Shown: positions 50,798 through 61,114 of the stretch, piece after piece
Position numbering within the stretch: position 1 is the stretch's first letter
Layout of the letters: each line of letters opens with the position of its first letter
DNA from: Holophagales bacterium
GTDB lineage: Bacteria; Acidobacteriota; Thermoanaerobaculia; UBA5066
DNA: 64,000 nucleotides
Reading direction: 5' to 3'
Assembly: GCA_016714815.1 (NCBI GenBank)
Contig: JADKBZ010000016.1
Location: forward strand, 37,659 to 101,658
The notes under the pieces: model-generated
Told to the model about the DNA's origin: nothing
The model's input: the letters and a program-made list of their open reading frames with translations, nothing else
Databases searched by the model: none
Translations under genes and position numbers: made by a program

Positions 50798-51997
50798 GTG
50801 ACACGGGTCTTCTCGTCCGACTATCGCGATCACGGGACCAGGTTCCCGGACCCCTTCCCGGTCCATCGGCTGAAGCGGGTCGATCGCCCGACCACCTGGA
50901 TCAACGAAGAAGAGATCCGGAGGGTCGACGAGCGGGACGGCGGATTCCACCGGGCCGGCCGCGGGGAATACGGCGGGCACATCCAGAAGGAGTACCACCG
51001 CTTTCAGGAGAAGTTCCCGCTCTCGGAAGCGCTCTTCGAGGTCACGCACCGGCTCGGCGAGCCCGACGCGGTCTCCGGCGCTCCGAGGCGAGGCCCGGCC
51101 CCGGGGACGGACGACCCGGCGGCGATGGCGAGGCACATCAAGGAGACCGGCTACTTCCTCCGGGCCGACATGATCGGGATCTGCAGGCTGCCGCCCTACG
51201 CGGTTTTCACCCATGGCCGCAAGGACGATCAGCCGATCGAGCTGACTCACGACTACGCGATCGCCATCCTGGTGGACCAGGACTACAAGACCTCGGCAGC
51301 GTTCAACGGGCGCGACTGGATCAGCAACTCGATGAGCCTGGTCGCCTATTCCCACTCGGCGTTCATCGCCTGCTCCCTGGCGGAGTACATCCGCTCGCTG
51401 GGATACGAAGCGCGGGCCCACCACGCGACGAACTACCAGGTCGTGCTCCCGCCGATCCTGCTCTGGGCGGGGCTGGGAGAGATGAGCCGGATGGGCGACG
51501 TCGTCCTGAACCCGTTCCTCGGCCCTCGCTTCAAGGCGGCGGTGGTGACGACCAGCCTGCCGCTGGAAGTCGACAAGCCGATCGACTTCGGGCTTCAGGA
51601 CTTCTGCGACAAGTGCGGGAAATGCGCCCGGGAGTGCCCGGTCCAGGCCATCTCCCACGGCGGCAAGGTCCGGGAGAAGGGATACGAGCGCTGGCCGGTG
51701 AACGTGGAGAAGTGCACGTCCATGCGGGTCGGGAATCGCCTCGGGTCGGGATGCGGAACCTGCATCAAAGTTTGCCCCTGGAACAAGCCCTTCACGCCGT
51801 TCCACCGGATGGTGAGCTGGAGCCTGAGGAACCTGCCCCCGACCCGCCGTCCCGCCATCTGGGCCGACGACCTGTTCGGGTACGGACGGCCGGACCCGAG
51901 ACGGAAGTGGTGGCTGGACCTCGAAGTGGTGGATGGAGAGTGGCGGATCCCGCGATGTGGGCCCTCGTCACAGCTCCCGGTCCGGGAGGAGCCCTGA
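50798..51997 (+). CDS. rdhA: cobalamin/2x[4Fe-4S] reductive dehalogenase, catabolic (non-respiratory) type
   Basis: ARHIKETGYFLRADMIGIC, DWIS, AGLGEMSRMG, NPFLGPRFK, TTSLPLEVDKPIDFGLQDFCDKCGKCARECP, CGTCIKVCPWNK; no Tat signal, no rdhB. Confidence 0.85.
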   Translation: MTRVFSSDYRDHGTRFPDPFPVHRLKRVDRPTTWINEEEIRRVDERDGGFHRAGRGEYGGHIQKEYHRFQEKFPLSEALFEVTHRLGEPDAVSGAPRRGPAPGTDDPAAMARHIKETGYFLRADMIGICRLPPYAVFTHGRKDDQPIELTHDYAIAILVDQDYKTSAAFNGRDWISNSMSLVAYSHSAFIACSLAEYIRSLGYEARAHHATNYQVVLPPILLWAGLGEMSRMGDVVLNPFLGPRFKAAVVTTSLPLEVDKPIDFGLQDFCDKCGKCARECPVQAISHGGKVREKGYERWPVNVEKCTSMRVGNRLGSGCGTCIKVCPWNKPFTPFHRMVSWSLRNLPPTRRPAIWADDLFGYGRPDPRRKWWLDLEVVDGEWRIPRCGPSSQLPVREEP

Positions 51998-51998
51998 C

Positions 51999-54065
51999 AT
52001 GACGCAACCGAGCACGACCGAAGTGGAAGCCCTCCTCGCGCCCTGGCCCGGTCCCTACGGCGGCCTGCCGCCCTTCGACGTGGCGACACCCGCCGCGATC
52101 GAGCGTGCGTTCGGGATCGCGCTCGAGAGGAAGCGCGCCGAACTGCGCGCCATCGGCGACAACCCGGCGCCGCCGACGTTCGAGAACACGGTGGAGGCGC
52201 TCGAGGACTCCGGACGGGAGCTCCGGCGCGTCTCCGTCGTCTACCAGGTCTTCGCGTCGACGATGGGGACGCCTCAGATGCGCGAGGTCGAAAAGAACGT
52301 CGCGCCTCTCCTCCCCGTCCTCGAGGACGAGATCGCGCACGACGACGCCCTCTTTGCGCGCATCGAGGCGGTCTGGCAGGGGAGGGAGGCCGCGGGCCTC
52401 ACGAGGGAGCAGGAGCGGCTGACGGAGCTCGTGCGCGACCGTCTGAAGCGGCGCGGGGCCGGGCTCCCGCCGGAGGCGAAGAAGCGCCTCGGGGAGATCA
52501 ACGCCCGCGTCGCCTCGCTCCAGGCGCGCTTCAACCAGAACCTCGTGACCGACCAGGACGGCCAGGCCGTCTTCATCGAGGACGAGAGCGGTCTCGACGG
52601 CCTCGGCGAGGAGCAGCGCCTCGCCGCCGCGCAGGCGGCGACCGAGCGCGGCCGGCCCGGGACCTGGGCGATCCCGAACAGGCGCCCCGCGGTCTGGCCC
52701 TTCCTGACGCAGTCCACCCGGCGCGACCTCCGCGAGAAGGTCTGGCGGATGTGGACGATGCGCGGAGACAACCCCGGCGAGAGCGACAACAAGCCGGTCA
52801 TCGCCGAGATCCTGAAGCTGCGCGGCGAAAAGGCTCGGCTTCTCGGCTTCCCCAGCTTCGCGCACTTCGCCACGGCCAACCGGATGGCCCGGACGCCGGA
52901 GGCGGCGCTCGAGCTGATGACGAAGACCTGGCAGAGCGTGATCGGGCCGACGCGCGCCCTCGTGGCGGACCTCCAGGCGATCGCCGACGCCGAGGGGGCC
53001 GGCATCCGCCTCGCGCCCTGGGACCGGCTCTTCTACTCGGCGAGGCTCCGCAAGTCCCGCTTCGACCTCGACGCCGACGCCGTGCGGCAGCACCTCGAGC
53101 TGGAATCGGTCCTGGCGGCGATCTTCTGGGCGGCGGGCCGCGTCCACGGCCTCGCGTTCCGCCAGCTCCCCGACGCACCGGTCTGCCACCCGTCGATCCG
53201 CGTCTTCGAGCTGAGCCGGGGCGGCGAGCCGGTCGGTCTCCTCTGGCTCGACGTCCTCGGCCGGCCGGGAAAGATGCACGGCTCGTGGCAGGCCGAGTAC
53301 CGCGCGGCGGAGTCGTTCCGGGGGCGGGTGCTGCCGATCTCCTCGGTGAACTCCGGCCTCCCGGCACCGCGGGACGGCGAGCCGGTCCTCCTCCCGTGGG
53401 AGTACGCGAACGTCCTCTTCCACGAGTTCGGTCACGCCCTCCACATGCTCCTCTCCGAGGCGCGCTACCCCTCCCTCGGGAGTGTCGCCGTGCCGTGGGA
53501 CTTCGTGGAACTCCCCTCGTTCCTCAACGAGCGGTGGCTCCTCGACCACGAGCTCCTCGCCCGCTTCGCGCGGCTGCACGGGACCGGCGCGCCGATCTCC
53601 GAGGAACTCGTGACGAGCATCGAGCGCGCGCTCCGCTTCGACCGCGTCCTGACGCTGAACCTCGACTTCCTCGGCGGGGCGATCGTCGACATGCGGATGC
53701 ACCTCCTGGCCGACGGCCGCGACGTCGACGCGGTCCGGCTCGAAGAAGAGACCCTCGCGGAGCTGGGGATGCCGGAGGCCTGGGACCTCATCATGAGGGT
53801 CCCGCACTGCTGGCACTCCATCTCCGACGGCTACGCGGCGGGCCTCTACTCCTACCTCTGGTCCGACGTCATGACGGCCGACGTCGCCGAGGCGTTCCTC
53901 TCCTCGCCCGGAGGTCTCTACGACGTGGAGACCGGCGAGCGGTGGCGACGGACGATCCTGAGCGTCGGGACGAGCGTCCCTGCCGAGGAGGCGTTCCGGG
54001 ACTTCATGGGGCGCGACCCCGACCCATCGGCCCTGCTGCGCCGATTCGGGCTGGAGGCCCGATGA
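51999..54065 (+). CDS. M3 family metallopeptidase (Dcp-like), copy A
   Basis: [41 protein letters not shown]. Confidence 0.93.
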   Translation: MTQPSTTEVEALLAPWPGPYGGLPPFDVATPAAIERAFGIALERKRAELRAIGDNPAPPTFENTVEALEDSGRELRRVSVVYQVFASTMGTPQMREVEKNVAPLLPVLEDEIAHDDALFARIEAVWQGREAAGLTREQERLTELVRDRLKRRGAGLPPEAKKRLGEINARVASLQARFNQNLVTDQDGQAVFIEDESGLDGLGEEQRLAAAQAATERGRPGTWAIPNRRPAVWPFLTQSTRRDLREKVWRMWTMRGDNPGESDNKPVIAEILKLRGEKARLLGFPSFAHFATANRMARTPEAALELMTKTWQSVIGPTRALVADLQAIADAEGAGIRLAPWDRLFYSARLRKSRFDLDADAVRQHLELESVLAAIFWAAGRVHGLAFRQLPDAPVCHPSIRVFELSRGGEPVGLLWLDVLGRPGKMHGSWQAEYRAAESFRGRVLPISSVNSGLPAPRDGEPVLLPWEYANVLFHEFGHALHMLLSEARYPSLGSVAVPWDFVELPSFLNERWLLDHELLARFARLHGTGAPISEELVTSIERALRFDRVLTLNLDFLGGAIVDMRMHLLADGRDVDAVRLEEETLAELGMPEAWDLIMRVPHCWHSISDGYAAGLYSYLWSDVMTADVAEAFLSSPGGLYDVETGERWRRTILSVGTSVPAEEAFRDFMGRDPDPSALLRRFGLEAR

Positions 54066-54151
54066 CAATGCCGACCCGCAAGACCCTCCCGCGATCCCTC
54101 GATTCCCTTCACCGCGACTTCCACCGCACCGACCCGGGGAGCGCCCCATGA
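54062..54151 (+). CDS. 29-aa mini-ORF ([29 protein letters not shown])
   Basis: ATGA overlaps with both the upstream M3 stop and the downstream IYD start. Confidence 0.45.
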   Translation: MTMPTRKTLPRSLDSLHRDFHRTDPGSAP

Positions 54152-54873
54152 GCCAGCCGCCGGAATCCGATCCCTGCGTCCTCGAGCCCCTTCCCGACTA
54201 CCGCGAATATCCGGCGGAGGAGATGCGCGAGCGCGCCCGATGGTTCTACCGGGACGTCGCGCGACGTCGCACGGTGCGCGAGTTCGACCGGCGCCCGGTC
54301 CCCCGGGAGGTGATCGAGCAGTGCCTTCTCGCGGCGGGCACCGCGCCCTCGGGCGCGAACCAGCAGCCGTGGCACTTCGCCGTCGTCACCGATCCCGTTC
54401 GCAAGAAGAAGATCCGCGAAGCGGCCGAGGAGGAGGAGCGGGAGTTCTACGCCGGCCGGGCGCCGCAGGAGTGGCGGGACGCGCTGGCGCCCCTCGGGAC
54501 GGACGAGAACAAGCCCTTCCTGGAGGACGCCCCCGTCCTCATCGCGATCTTCGCGCAGGCTCACGGCGTCCGGCCGGACGGGGAGCGGCTCAAGCACTAC
54601 TACGTGCACGAGTCGGTCGGGATCGCGACGGGCTTCCTCCTCGTCGCCCTCCACCACGCCGGTCTCGCGACGCTGACCCACACGCCGAACCCGATGGGCT
54701 TTCTCAACGAGTGCTGCGGGCGGCCGTCCTCCGAGAAGCCGATGATCCTCCTCGTCGTCGGCTATCCCGCACCGGGCTGCCGGGTCCCCGTGCACGGCGG
54801 GATCAAGAAGCCGCTGGAGGGGATCTCGAGCTGGCTCGGGCCCGAAGGCGGCCGAACGGAGCCGACTCCATGA
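54148..54873 (+). CDS. iyd: iodotyrosine deiodinase (IYD)-like flavoprotein, nitroreductase fold
   Basis: [56 protein letters not shown]. Confidence 0.88.
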   Translation: MSQPPESDPCVLEPLPDYREYPAEEMRERARWFYRDVARRRTVREFDRRPVPREVIEQCLLAAGTAPSGANQQPWHFAVVTDPVRKKKIREAAEEEEREFYAGRAPQEWRDALAPLGTDENKPFLEDAPVLIAIFAQAHGVRPDGERLKHYYVHESVGIATGFLLVALHHAGLATLTHTPNPMGFLNECCGRPSSEKPMILLVVGYPAPGCRVPVHGGIKKPLEGISSWLGPEGGRTEPTP

Positions 54874-56982
54874 CGGATCGCAACGGAGACCAGCCAGCGC
54901 CCCGCACCCTCGACCTCTCGCCGGCCGCGGAGGCGCTCCTCGCACCCTGGACCGGGCCCTGCGGGGGCACGCCGCCGTTCGACGTGGCGGAGCCCGCGTC
55001 GATCGAGAGCGCCTACCGGGTCGCCATCGCCCGCAAGCGCGAGGAGGTCGCGGCGATTGCCTCGGACCCGGCGCCGCCCACGTTCGAGAACACGATCGCG
55101 GCGCTCGAGGATGCCGGCCGGGCGCTCCGCCGTGTCGACACCCTCTTCCGGGTCTTCTCGTCGACGCGGAGCTCCGGGGAGATGCGTGAGGTGGAGACGA
55201 GACTCAAGCCGCTCCTTCCCGCTCTCGAGGACGAGATTGCCCACGACGACGCCCTCTTTGCCCGGATCCGTGCAGTCGACCAGTCGGCCGAGCAGGCGGG
55301 GCTCACGCCCGAGGAGATTCGCCTGACCCGCGTCGTCCGCGACCGGCTCTCGCTGCGGGGCGCCGGACTCGAGCCGGGCGCCAGGGCGCGCCTCGCCCAG
55401 ATCAGCGGACGGATCGCCGAGCTCTCCGCCGCCTTCAGCCAGAACCTCCTCGCGGACGAGGAGGGGCAGCAGGTCCCCCTCGACGACGAGGCGGATCTCG
55501 AGGGCCTCGACGAGGAGTTCCGCGGCGTGCTCGCATCCGCCGCCGTGTCGCGCGGGCTCTCCGCGCGCTGGGCCGTCCCCAGCACGCGCGCCCACGTCAT
55601 GCCCGTTCTGATCTCTTCGGCGCGTCGCGAGGTCAGGGAACGGGTCTGGCGCATGTGGGTGCGGCGCGGCGGGAACCCCGGCGCGCACGACAACAGGCCC
55701 GTCGTCGCCGAGATCCTCCGCCTGCGCGCGGGAGAAGGCCCGGCTCCTCGGCTTCCCGACCTACGCCCACCTCGCCACGGCCGACCGGATCGCGGGGACG
55801 CCGGAGAACGCCCTCGCCCTCGTGAAGCGGGTCTGGGACGGCGTCGTCGGCGCCGCTCGCGACCGGCTCGCCTCGATGCAGGCGCTCGCGGACGAGGACG
55901 GCGTCTGCCCGATCGCGCCCTGGGACCGGCGCTTCTACGCGAGCCGGCTGCGCCGGGCACGCCTGGACCTCGATGAAGGAGAGGTGAGCGCCTACCTGCC
56001 GGTTGAGTCGATCCGCGAGGGAGCGTTCCACGCGGCGAGCCGGCTTCACGGACTCGACCTCGCGGAAGTCCACGACGTCCCCGTCTGCCACCCCGACGTC
56101 CGCGTCTTCGCCGTGCGGCGAGGGAAGGAGTCGATCGGCCTCCTCTGGCTCGACCTCTACGCGCGCGACGGCAAGGTCTCGGGCGGCTGGATGGACGAGT
56201 ACCGCGCGGCGGAGTCCTTCCGCGGAAGGGTCCTTCCGCTCGTGTCGATCAACATGAACGTCGCGAGACCGGCGGCGGGAGCGACGGCGCTCCTCTCATG
56301 GTGGGACGCTCTCACCTTCTTCCACGAGCTGGGCCACGCTCTCCACATGCTCTGCTCGAAGGCGCGCACTCCCTCGCTCGGGAGCTTCACGGTCGCCCCC
56401 GACGTTCTCGAGCTGCCGTCGATCCTGAACGAGCGCTGGCTCACGACGCTCGAGGTGCTCGAACGGTTCGCGCGGCACCACCGGACCGGAGAGCCGATGC
56501 CGAAGCGTCTCGTCGAGAGGATCGAGGAAGCCCGGGTCTTCGACCCCTCCGACGGGGCGACCGCGAGTCTCGGCTACCTGGCGACGGCCTTCGTCGACCT
56601 CGCCGTCCACCTCGCGGCCGATGGCGGGGAGGTCGACCCTGTCGCTGTAGAGGAGAGGGCCCTTGCAGACCTCGGCCTCCCGCCAGCTGCCGAGCCGCTC
56701 CATCGCGTCACGCACCTCCGTCACGCCTTCGCCGGCATCTACGAGGACCGCTACGCGGCCGGCTACTACTGTTACCTCCAGGCGGACGTCCTCGCGGCCG
56801 ACGCGGCGGAGGCATTCCTCTCGTCACCGGGAGGGCTCTACGACGCCGCGACGGCCGAGCGGTATCGGCGCACGATCCTCGCCGTCGGTCACGGCGTCCC
56901 CGCGGCGGAGGCCTTCCGGTCGTTCCGGGGCCGCGATCCGGACCCCGAGGCGCTGACGAGACGGTTCGGACGGAAATCCTGA
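54870..56982 (+). pseudogene. M3 family metallopeptidase copy B with +1 frameshift at ~55731 (pseudogene or sequence error)
   Basis: ctgcgcgcg-g-gagaaggcccggctcctcggcttc: removing one G restores [12 protein letters not shown] as in copy A; HELGH and ELPS intact downstream. Confidence 0.85.
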
Positions 56983-57002
56983 CATTCCGAACGGAGTGTG
57001 CG

Positions 57003-58241
57003 ATGAAGCAGATTCTCTTCCGCGGTTTCCACCTTCTCGACCCGGAGCTCGACGAGCCCCGGGCAGGCTGCGAGCTCCTCGTCGAGGGCGACCGGATCCG
57101 CGAGGTCTCCGACCGGCCGATCCAATCGTCCGGGGCCGAGGTCATCGACGGCGACGGCGCTTTCCTGATGCCCGGCCTCATCGACGCCCACGTCCACGTG
57201 ACGCTTTCCGAGGTGGCGCTCCGGCGGCTGGAGGAGGTGCCGCTGACGCTGATGACGGCCCGGGCCGCCGTCCAGATGCGGGCGATGCTCGACCGTGGCT
57301 TCACCACGGTGCGCGACACCGGGGGTGCCGACTGGGGCCTGAGGGCTGCCGTGGAGCAGGGACTCTTCGCCGGGCCGCGCCTCTTCATCGCCGGACGCGC
57401 CATCGGGCCCACGGGCGGCCACAGCGACATTCGCCGCCGGACCGACAGCGGGATCCGCTGTCACTGCTGCGACGCGCTGACGTTCGCCCTCGCCGTGGCC
57501 GATGGCGAGACCGAGGTCCGCAAGGCCGTCCGCGAGGAGCTCCGTCAGGGCTGTGACCAGGTCAAGATCATGATGTCGGGCGGGGTCGCGTCGCCCTTCG
57601 ACCCGATCGACAGCCTCCAGTTTTCCCCCGGCGAGGTCGCCGCCGCGGTCGAGGAGGCCCACGCGTTCGGCCGGTACGTCTGCGCTCACGCCTACACGCC
57701 GGCCGCGATCACGCGCGCGGCCCACGCCGGGGTCCGCACGATCGAGCACGGCAACCTGATCGACGACGCCTCCGCGCTCCTCATGGCAAGCAAGGGAATG
57801 TTCCTCGTCGCGAACCTCGTGACGTACTTCGCGATGCGCGAGCGCGCGGCCGAGCTCGGAATGACCGCGGAGATGCTCGCCAAGAACGAGGTCGTCATCG
57901 AGGGCGCGCTCCGCTCTCTCGAGGTCTGCCGACGCGCCGGCGTGCCGGTCGCCTTCGGCAGCGACCTTCTCGGACAGCTCCAGGAGGAGCAGTCGCGCGA
58001 GTTCACGCTGCGCGCGCAGGTCGTCAGCCCCGTCGAGGCGATCCGCTCGGCGACGACGATCGCCGCGCGCGTCCTCCGGCGCGAAGGCGTCCTCGGGTGT
58101 CTCAGGCCGGGCGCTCTCGCCGACCTGATCGCGGTCGACGGCGACCCGCTGAAGGACCTCTCCCTCCTCGAAGGCCAGGGCCGGCACCTGACCCTGATCA
58201 TGAAGGGCGGCCGGTTCCACCGTCGCCCCGGAGGGCTGTAG
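57003..58241 (+). CDS. metal-dependent amidohydrolase (Xaa-Pro dipeptidase/carboxypeptidase-like)
   Basis: MPGLIDAHVH, GFTTVRD, KIMMSGGV, AHAY, IEHG, GSD, GALADLI. Confidence 0.92.
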   Translation: MKQILFRGFHLLDPELDEPRAGCELLVEGDRIREVSDRPIQSSGAEVIDGDGAFLMPGLIDAHVHVTLSEVALRRLEEVPLTLMTARAAVQMRAMLDRGFTTVRDTGGADWGLRAAVEQGLFAGPRLFIAGRAIGPTGGHSDIRRRTDSGIRCHCCDALTFALAVADGETEVRKAVREELRQGCDQVKIMMSGGVASPFDPIDSLQFSPGEVAAAVEEAHAFGRYVCAHAYTPAAITRAAHAGVRTIEHGNLIDDASALLMASKGMFLVANLVTYFAMRERAAELGMTAEMLAKNEVVIEGALRSLEVCRRAGVPVAFGSDLLGQLQEEQSREFTLRAQVVSPVEAIRSATTIAARVLRREGVLGCLRPGALADLIAVDGDPLKDLSLLEGQGRHLTLIMKGGRFHRRPGGL

Positions 58242-58243
58242 AG

Positions 58244-59782
58244 GTGGGCTCAGACGGACCGAGGGACCCCCGCGAGGTCGTAGACCTCACCTCGAGGGAA
58301 GAGCTCCAGAGCGTCGTGGAGTTCCTCGCTCACGACCTACTCGAAGGTCGCGCGCCGGGAACCCGGGGCGGCCGGCTGAGCGAGCTCTACATGCAGAGCC
58401 TCTTTAAGCTCCTCGGCCTCCGGCCGGGGATCGACGGCGGCTACCTGCAGCCCTTCCGGATGAAGGGGTACACCACACGCCACGTGGCGGTCGGGGTCCC
58501 CGGGCTCGAGCTCAGGAGTCCGGACGACGTGATGGGCGTTCAGGCCCGCGACGAGCCCTCCCTGGACGTGGAAGCCGAGGCCGTCTTCGTCGGCTTCGGG
58601 ATCCGGACGCCCCTCTTCGGCTGGGACGACTTCAAGGGGCACGACGTGAGGGGCAAGGTCCTGATCGTGCGGGCGAACGACCCGGGCCACTGCGACCCGT
58701 CGCTCTTCGAAGGCGCCTCCGTGACCTACTTCGGGAGGTGGAGCTACAAGATCGAGGAAGCGCGGCGGGCGGGAGCCCGGGCGATCCTGATCGTCCACAC
58801 CGACGAGAGTGCCGGGTACGACTGGGGCGTCGTGGAGCGCTCCTGGGGCCGGGAGAACGTCTTCCTGCCGTCGTCCCTCGAGAACGACCTCGAGTTTCAG
58901 GGATGGATCAGGGAGGAGAGCCTCCGCCGGCTCCTGGCGACGAAGGGGCTGAGCCTCGACGACGTCTACCGCGACACGCTGAAGGAGACCTTCGAGCCCG
59001 TCCCTCTCGGGATGTCGATCCGGATCACGGGCGAGAACGAGTTCCGGACGGTCGAAGCGGCGAACGTCGTTGCCGAGATTTCCGGCCGGAGCGAGAGGCG
59101 GATCGTGCTCTCCGCCCACATCGACCACATCGGCCACCAGCCCGACCAGCCGGGCGACAACGTCTTCAACGGAGCCATCGACAACGGCTCCGCCGTGGCC
59201 GCCATGGTCCTTGCGGCGAAGGCGCTGAACGCGTTCCGCGAGGAGCTGCCGTACACGATCACGCTCCTCGCCTGCACGGCCGAGGAGGGAGGGCTCCTCG
59301 GGTCGTACCACTACGTGCGGAACACCGATCGCTCGAGCATCCTGGCGAACGTGAACTTCGAGTCGACGCCGGTCTGGGAGAGGAGCCGGAGCGTGATGGG
59401 CGTCGGGGCTCACTACTCCACGCTGGAAGGCCACCTGAAGGAGATCGCGGCCGAGGAGGGCCTCCTCTATTCGGAGTTCTCGCGGACGGACCAGGGCTTC
59501 TTCTACCGCTCCGACCAGTTCCCGTTCGCCCGGTACGGCATCCCGGCTGTCTGGATCTCGGCCGGCGAGGACTTCGAGAGCGGCCAGGACCACTTCGGGG
59601 AATTCCTCCGGAACACGTACCACACGGTCCGCGACGACTTCGACCCCGGGTGGGAGCTCGAGGCGCTCCGGCAGACCGTCCGGAGCGCCGTGATGCTCGT
59701 CGAACGGATCGGGCGGAGCCCGGAGCCGCCTCGGTGGAAGGCGAGGCTCACGTTCCCGTCGGAGGCCCGGGAGCCGGGCTGA
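58244..59782 (+). CDS. M28 family peptidase with PA domain
   Basis: LAHDLLEGR, TYFGRWSYK, SAHIDH, GAIDN, AEEGGLLGS, RSDQ, YHT. Confidence 0.92.
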   Translation: MGSDGPRDPREVVDLTSREELQSVVEFLAHDLLEGRAPGTRGGRLSELYMQSLFKLLGLRPGIDGGYLQPFRMKGYTTRHVAVGVPGLELRSPDDVMGVQARDEPSLDVEAEAVFVGFGIRTPLFGWDDFKGHDVRGKVLIVRANDPGHCDPSLFEGASVTYFGRWSYKIEEARRAGARAILIVHTDESAGYDWGVVERSWGRENVFLPSSLENDLEFQGWIREESLRRLLATKGLSLDDVYRDTLKETFEPVPLGMSIRITGENEFRTVEAANVVAEISGRSERRIVLSAHIDHIGHQPDQPGDNVFNGAIDNGSAVAAMVLAAKALNAFREELPYTITLLACTAEEGGLLGSYHYVRNTDRSSILANVNFESTPVWERSRSVMGVGAHYSTLEGHLKEIAAEEGLLYSEFSRTDQGFFYRSDQFPFARYGIPAVWISAGEDFESGQDHFGEFLRNTYHTVRDDFDPGWELEALRQTVRSAVMLVERIGRSPEPPRWKARLTFPSEAREPG

Positions 59783-59824
59783 CGATCACGGCTGGGGGCC
59801 AGCGCGTCGACCCGGATCGTCGTC

Positions 59825-61114
59825 CTACGGGACCGCGGGCCCCACCTCCTGCGAGAAGAACACGGCGTCCCAGGCTTCCCAGGGAATCGTCGTGTTGTAG
59901 GGCATGACGCCGAACAGCTCGTGCGGCGTCGCCAGCCAGGAGGCCACCTGAGGCGTTGCCGTGTGCAGGTCGAGCACCGCGTAGCGATGGGGAAGCTCGG
60001 CCAGGCGCGCCTCGATCGTTCCCGCCGCCGCGCGGGTGCCGGGCTCCCCGCGGCGGATCGCCTCGCTGGCGAACAGGTGGGCGATCGTCACGAGCTCTTT
60101 CCCGTAGCGGCGCCTCAGGTACATGCCGACCATCGGAGGCAGGGTCCAGGCGGCGATCTGAGGAGGGATCCGGATCGTCGACATCGAGCCGGCGAGGTGG
60201 TCACGGTGCGCGAACAGGAGGAGACGCCCCTCCGGTCCGAGCTGCCGGCGGATCCAGTCGACGTTGTCGGCCTTGGCGCGATCCGCCGAGGCGACGGTCC
60301 CGGCGAGGCCCTGAAAGCCGTCCGCGGGTTTCCAGCCGATCGGCAGCTGGCGCAGGTATTCGTCGACCTGGCGTGCCGCGACGGCGGCACGGTGGGCGAG
60401 GGCGAAGTCGCGGTCGGTCGTCGCGCGCGCGTACTCGTTTTCGTGGATCGCGAGCGCTGCGATGACGTCGGCAACCGTGGCGGTCAGCCGGTCGCGCTGC
60501 GCCTGGTCCAGTTCCGTGTACTGGCCGGGCGCGTCGGACCGCCGGTCGAGCTTCAGCTTCGGTACGAGGTCCTCGATGCGGGTGCGGAGCGAAGCGGCCA
60601 GCGCCGCATCGCGGGCGCCGAGGTAGTCGAGCGCCACGAAGAGAGTGCGCTGCATGTCGTCGGGGCTTCCCGGGACGTCCATGCCGTAGAACTCGACCTT
60701 GCGGCGGTGTGCCGGGTTCGCGTTGTACTCGCGCATCCAGCGGACCAGCTCGACGTTCTGCGGCATCCGGTCGAAGCCGGCGGTGAAGCCGCGCGCCACG
60801 ACCTCGCCGAGGTCCCCGGGACCGCCGAGCACCCAGCGGTTCACCTCGAATCCCTCGGTGATGCCCGACTCGATCGCGATCGCCGTGAAACCCAGGTTCT
60901 CGACCAGGAACCGGAACAGGCGATTGCGGAAGTCGAGTGGTTCGGCGCCGCCGTGAAGTCCCTCGCCGAAGGAGACGACGGGGGCCTGGCCGATGATCGC
61001 CCTCAGGGGCTCGAGATCGGTGTCGGTGCCACCCGGTGTCCCGCACTCGATCGCGTGGGCGTTCGCGCGGGCCCACTCCGCGAAGGCCTCGCCTCCCGTC
61101 GAAGGCCCCCTCAC
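59825..61114 (-). CDS. erythromycin esterase (Ere/TIKI superfamily) family protein
   Basis: [43 protein letters not shown]; GTGA overlap with the RHH gene. Confidence 0.85.
   Translation of the reverse strand: MRGPSTGGEAFAEWARANAHAIECGTPGGTDTDLEPLRAIIGQAPVVSFGEGLHGGAEPLDFRNRLFRFLVENLGFTAIAIESGITEGFEVNRWVLGGPGDLGEVVARGFTAGFDRMPQNVELVRWMREYNANPAHRRKVEFYGMDVPGSPDDMQRTLFVALDYLGARDAALAASLRTRIEDLVPKLKLDRRSDAPGQYTELDQAQRDRLTATVADVIAALAIHENEYARATTDRDFALAHRAAVAARQVDEYLRQLPIGWKPADGFQGLAGTVASADRAKADNVDWIRRQLGPEGRLLLFAHRDHLAGSMSTIRIPPQIAAWTLPPMVGMYLRRRYGKELVTIAHLFASEAIRRGEPGTRAAAGTIEARLAELPHRYAVLDLHTATPQVASWLATPHELFGVMPYNTTIPWEAWDAVFFSQEVGPAVP

Noticed and set aside
50798-51997. Annotation as epoxyqueuosine reductase QueG
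   Set aside because: I see no QueG-type SRYAxGxDYH region; DWIS, GEMSRMG and KPIDFGLQDFC fit catabolic RdhA better. A tree would settle it.
43542-54151. RiPP cluster (mini-ORF as precursor, S9 as macrocyclase)
   Set aside because: No modifying enzymes or leader/core pattern, the S9 triad is defective, and the gene content is catabolic.
54148-54873. Annotation as BluB or a generic nitroreductase
   Set aside because: The [13 protein letters not shown] lid and THTP motif are IYD-type.
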